Notes under the pieces: generated by a model | Databases searched by the model: none | Told to the model about the DNA's origin: nothing | What the model saw: only the letters and a program-made list of their open reading frames with translations | Program-made: the position numbers and the translations under genes | Assembly (NCBI GenBank): GCA_964508495.1 | Contig: CAZDUA010000004.1 | Span: 290 to 64,289, forward strand | Source: an uncultured Methanosarcinales archaeon | GTDB lineage: Archaea > Nanobdellota > Nanobdellia > Woesearchaeales > ARS49 | DNA: 64,000 nt | Reading direction: 5' to 3' | Shown: one piece after another, positions 58,384 to 64,000 of the stretch | Position numbering within the stretch: position 1 is the stretch's first letter | How the letters are laid out: every line of letters starts with the position of its first letter

Positions 58384-59355
58384 ATGCCAAGAATAAGATC
58401 GCCACGTCGAGGAAGTATGGAATACTGGCCGCGCAAGAGAGCGGCAGATATAGTTGCACATATAAGAACGTGGATGCCAACAAAAGACGCAAAACTTCTC
58501 GGGTTTGCAGCATACAAGGTCGGCATGACCCACGTGCTCGTCAACGACAACAGGCCAACATCAATAACAAAAGGAGAAGACATCCAAGTTCCCGTAACAA
58601 TTCTCGAATGTCCGCCAATCAAAATCGCGGCCGTCATGTTCTATAAAAAAGATGCATACGGCCTTCATTGCGTCGGGCAAATCAACTCAGACAAGCTCGA
58701 CAAAGAAGCTTCTCGTTCTATCATTCCTTCCAAAAAACAACAAAAACCAGCAGACACAAAAGACATAACAGACGTACGAGTACTGGCATACACGCAGCCA
58801 AAACTCACAACAATCGGAAAGAAAAAACCAGAATTCTTCGAACTAGGAGTAGGCGGAACGAAACCAGAAGAAAAACTTGCATTCGCACAAACAATCCTTG
58901 GAAAAGAAATCAAAATCACAGACGTATTCAACGAAGGACAACTCGTCGATGTAACGTCAATAACAAAAGGAAAAGGAGTACAGGGACCAGTAAAAAGATT
59001 CGGAATCATGATAAGAGCCCACAAAAGCGAGAAAACAAAGAGAGGACCAGGAAGCCTGGGACCATGGCACGGCATAGGATTTAACCGTGTACCGCACGCA
59101 GGACAAATGGGCTTCCAACAAAGAACAGACCACCACAAACAAATCCTCAAAATCAACGAAGACGTAACAAAAATCAACGCAAAAGGCGGATTTGTAAGAT
59201 ACGGACTCGTCAGGAATCAATACCTCTTAATCAAAGGCAGCGTCGGAGGAGCGTCAAAAAGACTCATAACAATGAGCACGATAAGACACCCGGCGCAAAA
59301 ACTGCCAAAAGAACCATCACCAATAACATACACGAGCTTAACCTCAAAACAATAA
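58384..59355 (+). CDS. rpl3: 50S ribosomal protein L3 (uL3)
   Basis: PRRGSMEYWPRKRA and FAAYKVGMTHV. Confidence 0.95.
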   Translation: MPRIRSPRRGSMEYWPRKRAADIVAHIRTWMPTKDAKLLGFAAYKVGMTHVLVNDNRPTSITKGEDIQVPVTILECPPIKIAAVMFYKKDAYGLHCVGQINSDKLDKEASRSIIPSKKQQKPADTKDITDVRVLAYTQPKLTTIGKKKPEFFELGVGGTKPEEKLAFAQTILGKEIKITDVFNEGQLVDVTSITKGKGVQGPVKRFGIMIRAHKSEKTKRGPGSLGPWHGIGFNRVPHAGQMGFQQRTDHHKQILKINEDVTKINAKGGFVRYGLVRNQYLLIKGSVGGASKRLITMSTIRHPAQKLPKEPSPITYTSLTSKQ

Positions 59356-59357
59356 AA

Positions 59358-60164
59358 ATGGAACTAAAAATAATCAGCGCGGAAAACAAAGAACAAGGCA
59401 AACAAAAGATGCCAGAACAGTTCGAGGAAGCCATAAGGCCGGACCTCATAAAACGCGCAGTACACTCAATACAAGGCAACAAAAGACAACCATACGGAGC
59501 AGACCCAAGAGCAGGCAAAAAACAAGCAGCAAGACTAAGCAGAAGAAGACGAGACTACAAGGGAGCATACGGAAAAGGACTCAGCAGAGTGCCAAGAAAA
59601 ACACTCGTTAGAAGGGGAATGCAAATGATATGGGTAGGAGCATTCGCGCCAGGAACAGTCGGCGGAAGAAGAGCATTCCCACCAACATCACAACACAATT
59701 TCACACAAAAAATCAACGACAAAGAAAGAAAGACAGCAATAAGAAGCGCACTAGCAGCATCAGTCAACAAAGAAATAGTAACACAAAGAGGCCACAAAAT
59801 ACCAGCACACTACCCGTTCATACTATCAACAGACGTAGAAAAAATCACAAAAACAACCGAACTCGTAAAAGCACTAACTGTCTTGGGCCTTGAACAAGAA
59901 TTGCAACGCGGACAAAAAAGAAAAGTACGCGCAGGAAAAGGAAAAATGAGAGGCAGGCGGTTCAAATCAACAACAGGCCCATTACTAGTCGTAAGCGGAC
60001 AGTGCAACCTGCTAAAATCAGCAAAAAACATACCAGGAGTAGACATAATAGACATAACACACATCAACGCAGAACTACTCGCACCAGGAGCGCACCCAGG
60101 AAGACTCACACTATTCACACAAGCAGCAATACAAAAACTCGACAAAGAGAGGTTATTCCTATAA
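59358..60164 (+). CDS. rpl4: 50S ribosomal protein L4 (uL4)
   Basis: RQPYGADPRAGKK...GAYGKGLSRVPR. Confidence 0.95.
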   Translation: MELKIISAENKEQGKQKMPEQFEEAIRPDLIKRAVHSIQGNKRQPYGADPRAGKKQAARLSRRRRDYKGAYGKGLSRVPRKTLVRRGMQMIWVGAFAPGTVGGRRAFPPTSQHNFTQKINDKERKTAIRSALAASVNKEIVTQRGHKIPAHYPFILSTDVEKITKTTELVKALTVLGLEQELQRGQKRKVRAGKGKMRGRRFKSTTGPLLVVSGQCNLLKSAKNIPGVDIIDITHINAELLAPGAHPGRLTLFTQAAIQKLDKERLFL

Positions 60165-60424
60165 TGGACGCGCACATAACAATCAAACACCCACTAGCAA
60201 CAGAAAAAAGCATCAGGCTAATGGAATCAGAAAACAAGTTAGTCTTTGTAGTAGACAAAAAAGCAACGAAACAAGACATCAAAAAAGCAGTAGAAGAACT
60301 GTTTAAAGCAAAAGTAACAGCGGTAAACACGCTCCACGCAGTAACAGGAGAAAAAAGAGCATACGTCACACTATCAAAAGAAACACCCGCAATTGACATT
60401 GCAACATCACTGGGGATAATGTAA
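60164..60424 (+). CDS. rpl23: 50S ribosomal protein L23 (uL23)
   Basis: IKHPLATEKSIRLMESENKLVFVVDKKATKQDIKKAVEELF. Its ATG overlaps the rpl4 TAA. Confidence 0.93.
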   Translation: MDAHITIKHPLATEKSIRLMESENKLVFVVDKKATKQDIKKAVEELFKAKVTAVNTLHAVTGEKRAYVTLSKETPAIDIATSLGIM

Positions 60425-61138
60425 ATGGGAAAATCACTAATACAACAAGCAAGAGGAAAAGGCGGACCGGTATACCGCGCAAAAAGCTTCGCGTACGCAG
60501 GAGACGCAAAACTAAGAGCAGAAACACCAACGCTCGTAACAGGAAAAATCACAGACATAATCAAATGCCCAGGACACACCGCACCACTAATACAAGTAAA
60601 GTACGAAGATGGAGTAGACTGTTTAATGCCAGCACCAGAATTCGTCAGAATAGGCGACACAGTACAAGCAGGACCAGGCGGAGAAATAAACTCGGGCAAC
60701 ACGCTCACACTCCAAGACATACCAGAAGGAACGCCCATATTCAACATCGAATCACGACCAGGAGACGGCGGAAAATTCTGCAGAACAGGAGGCTCAGGAG
60801 CAAGAGTACTCGCAAAAACAGGAAACTACGCAACAATCATGCTACCAAGCAAGAAAGAGAGAATTTTCAACCTCAAGTGCAGAGCATGCATCGGAGTAAT
60901 AGCAGGAGCAGGAAGACTAGAAAAGCCAATGCTCAAAGCAGGAGTCAAACACTTCAGAAAGAGAATGACGAACAAAAGGTGGCCAAACCCAAGCGCAGCA
61001 GCACAAAACGCAGTCGACCACCCATACGGAAACAAAAGAACAAGCAGAAAAGCAAAAAACAAATCAGTCGGCCACTTCGCACCACCAGGAAGAAAAGTCG
61101 GAAAACTATGGCCGCGAAGAACGGGCAGGGCAAAGTGA
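60425..61138 (+). CDS. rpl2: 50S ribosomal protein L2 (uL2)
   Basis: GKSLIQQARGKGGPVYR...HPYGNKRTS. Confidence 0.95.
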   Translation: MGKSLIQQARGKGGPVYRAKSFAYAGDAKLRAETPTLVTGKITDIIKCPGHTAPLIQVKYEDGVDCLMPAPEFVRIGDTVQAGPGGEINSGNTLTLQDIPEGTPIFNIESRPGDGGKFCRTGGSGARVLAKTGNYATIMLPSKKERIFNLKCRACIGVIAGAGRLEKPMLKAGVKHFRKRMTNKRWPNPSAAAQNAVDHPYGNKRTSRKAKNKSVGHFAPPGRKVGKLWPRRTGRAK

Positions 61139-61144
61139 TAAAAC

Positions 61145-61525
61145 ATGGCTAAAGAATTTTTTTACCACGGAAAAAGCGTACAAGACTTAACGAAAATGAG
61201 TATTGAGGAGTTCGCAAAACTGGTACCATCACGAGAAAGACGAAAAATAAACCGAGGCTTCACCGAAGTAGAGAAAAAACTGCTGGTGGACATGAAAGTC
61301 AGTCCAAAAGACGTCAAAACACACGCAAGAGACATGATAATACTCCCAGAAATGATAGGGAAAACAATCAAAGTATACAACGGAAAAGAATGGATGCAAT
61401 TAATCATAGAGCCGGAATTGCTCGGGCACAGACTTGGAGAATTCGCACTCACAAGAAAACAAGTCAGGCACTCAGCGCCAGGAATCGGAGCAACCAAGAG
61501 CAGCGCATCGCTATCGGTGAGATAA
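61145..61525 (+). CDS. rps19: 30S ribosomal protein S19 (uS19)
   Basis: IKVYNGKEW...GHRLGEFALTRK. Confidence 0.95.
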   Translation: MAKEFFYHGKSVQDLTKMSIEEFAKLVPSRERRKINRGFTEVEKKLLVDMKVSPKDVKTHARDMIILPEMIGKTIKVYNGKEWMQLIIEPELLGHRLGEFALTRKQVRHSAPGIGATKSSASLSVR

Positions 61526-62014
61526 ATGGCATACGAATACTCAAAAAAAATGACAGAAAACAGCGCGAAAGCAGTAGGATTAGGCCTGCCAATCTCGCGA
61601 AAAGAAAGCATCAACATATGCAACTCAATAAGAGGAATGAACTTGCAAAAAGCCAAAAAATTACTGCAAGACGTCATAGCACTCAAGAGGCCAATAGCTT
61701 ACACAGTATACAACGATGATGTAGGCCACAAAGCAGGAATGGCAGCAGGAAGATTCCCAGTAAGCTCGTGCGAACAAATACTATCCATACTTAAAAACGT
61801 GGAAGCGAACGCACAATTCAAAGGACTGAGCACTGGAAATTTGCTGATCAGACATGCAAATGCGCAAAAAGGACCAACAGCACACCACTTTGGCAGAAAG
61901 CGCACAAAAGCAAAAAGAACACACATAGAACTAATTGTTGAAGAAATCAAAAAAACAGAGGCAGTGAAGAAAGTTCGCCAGACATCCACGCCGAAAACAG
62001 AGGCAAAGAAATGA
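61526..62014 (+). CDS. rpl22: 50S ribosomal protein L22 (uL22)
   Basis: AKAVGLGLPISRKESINICNSIRGMNL, in the conserved operon order. Confidence 0.93.
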   Translation: MAYEYSKKMTENSAKAVGLGLPISRKESINICNSIRGMNLQKAKKLLQDVIALKRPIAYTVYNDDVGHKAGMAAGRFPVSSCEQILSILKNVEANAQFKGLSTGNLLIRHANAQKGPTAHHFGRKRTKAKRTHIELIVEEIKKTEAVKKVRQTSTPKTEAKK

Positions 62015-62682
62015 TTGAACGCAAATTCATCGCAGAAAAAATGAAAGAACACGCAATACAGGAGTTCATCTCAGAGACACTCAAAAACGTAGGGCACTCG
62101 CACACCAAGCTGATGAGAACGCCCCTTGGAGAAAAAGTAATCATCTATGCGAGCAGGCCAGGACTAGTGGTAGGAAGAAAAGGAGAAAACATCAAGAAGC
62201 TCACCAACACGCTCAAAAAGAAATTCAACCTAGAAAATCCGCAAATAGAAATATCAGAAGTAGAACACCCAAACCTGGACGCACAAATCGTTGCAGAAAG
62301 AATAGCAAGCACGATAGAAAGATTTGGAATCAACAAGTTCAAAGCAATAGGACACAAAACAATGATGGACGTAATGGCAGCAGGCGCACTAGGAATAGAA
62401 GTCCTAATTTCGGGAAAAGTCCCAAGCCAAAGAGCAAAAACGTGGAGATTCAACTCAGGATACCTCAAAAAGTGCGGAAACATCGCAGTAGAGGGAGTCA
62501 AAAGAGCAAAAGCAGTCTGCATCATGAAAACAGGAGAAATAGGAGTCCAAGTGGCGATCATGACACCAGACGTCAAACTACCAGACGACATAGAAGTCGG
62601 CGCAAAACCAGCAGCAAAAGTTGAAGAGAAAAAAGAAGAAATGCCAAAGAAAGCAGAAAAGAAAACTGAGGAAAGTAAATGA
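62011..62682 (+). CDS. rps3: 30S ribosomal protein S3 (uS3)
   Basis: KH domain GLVVGRKGENIKKL, in the conserved operon order. Confidence 0.95.
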   Translation: MIERKFIAEKMKEHAIQEFISETLKNVGHSHTKLMRTPLGEKVIIYASRPGLVVGRKGENIKKLTNTLKKKFNLENPQIEISEVEHPNLDAQIVAERIASTIERFGINKFKAIGHKTMMDVMAAGALGIEVLISGKVPSQRAKTWRFNSGYLKKCGNIAVEGVKRAKAVCIMKTGEIGVQVAIMTPDVKLPDDIEVGAKPAAKVEEKKEEMPKKAEKKTEESK

Positions 62683-62909
62683 AAGCAAAAGAACTGCGCG
62701 CAATGGGAGAACCCGAGCTCAAACAAAAAATGAACGAGCTTTACCGAGAACTCATGAAAGACAACGCGCAGGTAGCAACAGGAACAATACCAAAAAGTCC
62801 AGGCAAGCTACGACTTGCAAAAAAGACAATCGCGAGAATCAAAACAATCCTAACACAGAAGGAGACAGCGCTAAAAAGCGCAGTGCCCACAATGGAGGCA
62901 AAGAAATAA
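62679..62909 (+). CDS. rpl29: 50S ribosomal protein L29 (uL29)
   Basis: MKAKELRAMGEPELKQKMNELYRELM. Confidence 0.93.
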   Translation: MKAKELRAMGEPELKQKMNELYRELMKDNAQVATGTIPKSPGKLRLAKKTIARIKTILTQKETALKSAVPTMEAKK

Positions 62910-62911
62910 GC

Positions 62912-63217
62912 ATGAGTGTCTGTGTAACGTGTGGCTTGCCAAAAGAGCTATGCGTTTGCGAAAGTATCGCAAAAGAAAGTCAAAAAATCATTGTCCGAAT
63001 CGAGGCCAAAAAGTTCAACAAAAAATACACGATCGTCGAAGGAATTGACGAGAAGGAAATTGACCTTGACCAACTGGCGAAAAAGTTGAAAGCAACACTC
63101 GCCTGCGGAGGCACGATAAAGGACAACAAAATCGAGCTCCAAGGAGAGCACAAACAAAAAGTCAAGCAGATATTGATTGAAGCGGGATTCGCTCCTGAAA
63201 CAATCATCGTCAAGTAG
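62912..63217 (+). CDS. sui1: translation initiation factor aSUI1 (eIF1)
   Basis: CVTCGLPKELCVCE zinc knuckle followed by KYTIVEGID...LACGGT. Start taken at ATG 62912 inside the longer track ORF. Confidence 0.9.
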   Translation: MSVCVTCGLPKELCVCESIAKESQKIIVRIEAKKFNKKYTIVEGIDEKEIDLDQLAKKLKATLACGGTIKDNKIELQGEHKQKVKQILIEAGFAPETIIVK

Positions 63218-63218
63218 C

Positions 63219-63470
63219 ATGGGTAACAACGTTATTCATGCGGAATGGATAGGCAAACACGCAAAGGTTGTGAAGGCCAAGAATCCCAGTCACGCCAACA
63301 TCACAGGGGTGGTGGTTGACGAGACAAAAAATACGATAACAATCCAGACAGAAAAAGGCATTAAAAAAGTGCCGAAGCACGGAAGCGTGTTCAACATAAA
63401 CGGACACGAGGTGCAGGGAGATGAAGTCCTTGCAGCTCCAGAAGAAAGAATCAAAATCAAGACGGAGTAA
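63219..63470 (+). CDS. rnp1: RNase P protein component 1 (Rpp29/Pop4)
   Basis: EWIGKHAKVVKAKNPSHANITGVVVDETKNTITI, in the canonical position between SUI1 and S17. Confidence 0.85.
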   Translation: MGNNVIHAEWIGKHAKVVKAKNPSHANITGVVVDETKNTITIQTEKGIKKVPKHGSVFNINGHEVQGDEVLAAPEERIKIKTE

Positions 63471-63474
63471 AAAA

Positions 63475-63816
63475 ATGCAAACAATCAGAACCAGAGGAAG
63501 AACATTTACCGGAATCGTAGTAGAGGCCAGAATGCAGACAACGGCCACAGTAGAATGGCCAAGAAGAAAATACGTAACAAAATACGAGAGATACGAGAAA
63601 AGCAGAACGAGAATCAAAGCACACAACCCGCAAAACATAGACGCAAAGAAAGGAGATATAGTCAAAGTAATGGAATGCAGGCCAATAAGCAAGACAAAGC
63701 ACTTCATAATCACGGAAAAACTCGGACACGAAAAACTGTTCGTAGCAAAACAAGAACTCATTGAAGAATCAAGAGTCAAGAAGGAAAAACCAGAGGGAAA
63801 AAATGAAAGCAGTTAA
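63475..63816 (+). CDS. rps17: 30S ribosomal protein S17 (uS17)
   Basis: GRTFTGIVVEARMQTTATVEW...GDIVKVMECRPISKTKHF. Confidence 0.93.
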   Translation: MQTIRTRGRTFTGIVVEARMQTTATVEWPRRKYVTKYERYEKSRTRIKAHNPQNIDAKKGDIVKVMECRPISKTKHFIITEKLGHEKLFVAKQELIEESRVKKEKPEGKNESS

Positions 63817-64000
63817 AGCAAGCCTTACAAGAGGACTCCCACACACAGCAAACGTGCTAGCATGCGACAACAGCGGGGCAAGAATACTTAGAATCATCAG
63901 CGTAAGAAACGCAAAAACCGTTAAAGGAAGAAAACCAACAGCGACGATCGGCGATTACGTTATGTGCTCAGTTGTTGAAGGCAAGCCGGAAATGAGAAAA
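63803..64000 (+). CDS. rpl14: 50S ribosomal protein L14 (uL14), 5' partial (runs off the window)
   Basis: LACDNSGARILRIISV... is typical of L14. Confidence 0.9.
   Translation, partial: MKAVKASLTRGLPHTANVLACDNSGARILRIISVRNAKTVKGRKPTATIGDYVMCSVVEGKPEMRK

Noticed and set aside
60565-61152. Alternative-frame Lys/Arg/Thr-rich ORFs within the ribosomal operon and elsewhere (also 58668..59084, 59630..59893, 43252..43710, 49758..50432, and the first half of 62621..63217).
   Set aside because: These are frame-shifted readings of A-rich coding sequence. Their extreme basic low-complexity composition and complete overlap with well-supported genes argue against them.

Overview
The window looks like an archaeal chromosome segment. 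Evidence: A/T-box promoters about 25 nt upstream of mostly leaderless starts, an intron-containing tRNA, Topo VI, archaeal DnaG, ABCE1, NAC, Sec61-beta, and Rpo3/Rpo10 embedded in ribosomal-protein operons. Gene content and strong purine loading of coding strands suggest a small-genome (DPANN-like) archaeon; that assignment is inference. Most of the window is housekeeping: two ribosomal-protein clusters (27.4-31.2 kb, minus strand; 58.4-64.0 kb, plus strand), LeuRS, GyrA, Top6A/B, PCNA, a fused PriS-PriL primase, Hef, RNase J, and a thyA-folA-glyA/folC cluster. I also found five tRNAs, SRP RNA and RNase P RNA. The most unusual item is a roughly 120-155 bp non-coding, hairpin-rich element present twice. 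One copy follows tRNA-His and the other follows RNase P RNA, and each is bracketed by an imperfect duplication of that RNA gene's 3' end. Other candidates are a DprA + ComF-like PRTase pair at the window edge, a deoxyribosyltransferase-HD fusion protein, an operon of three small coiled-coil proteins (two of them clear paralogs) beside a ScpB cluster, a lipobox lipoprotein family, and a shared palindrome upstream of two promoters. All calls come from reading the sequence and ORF translations by eye; no searches were run.
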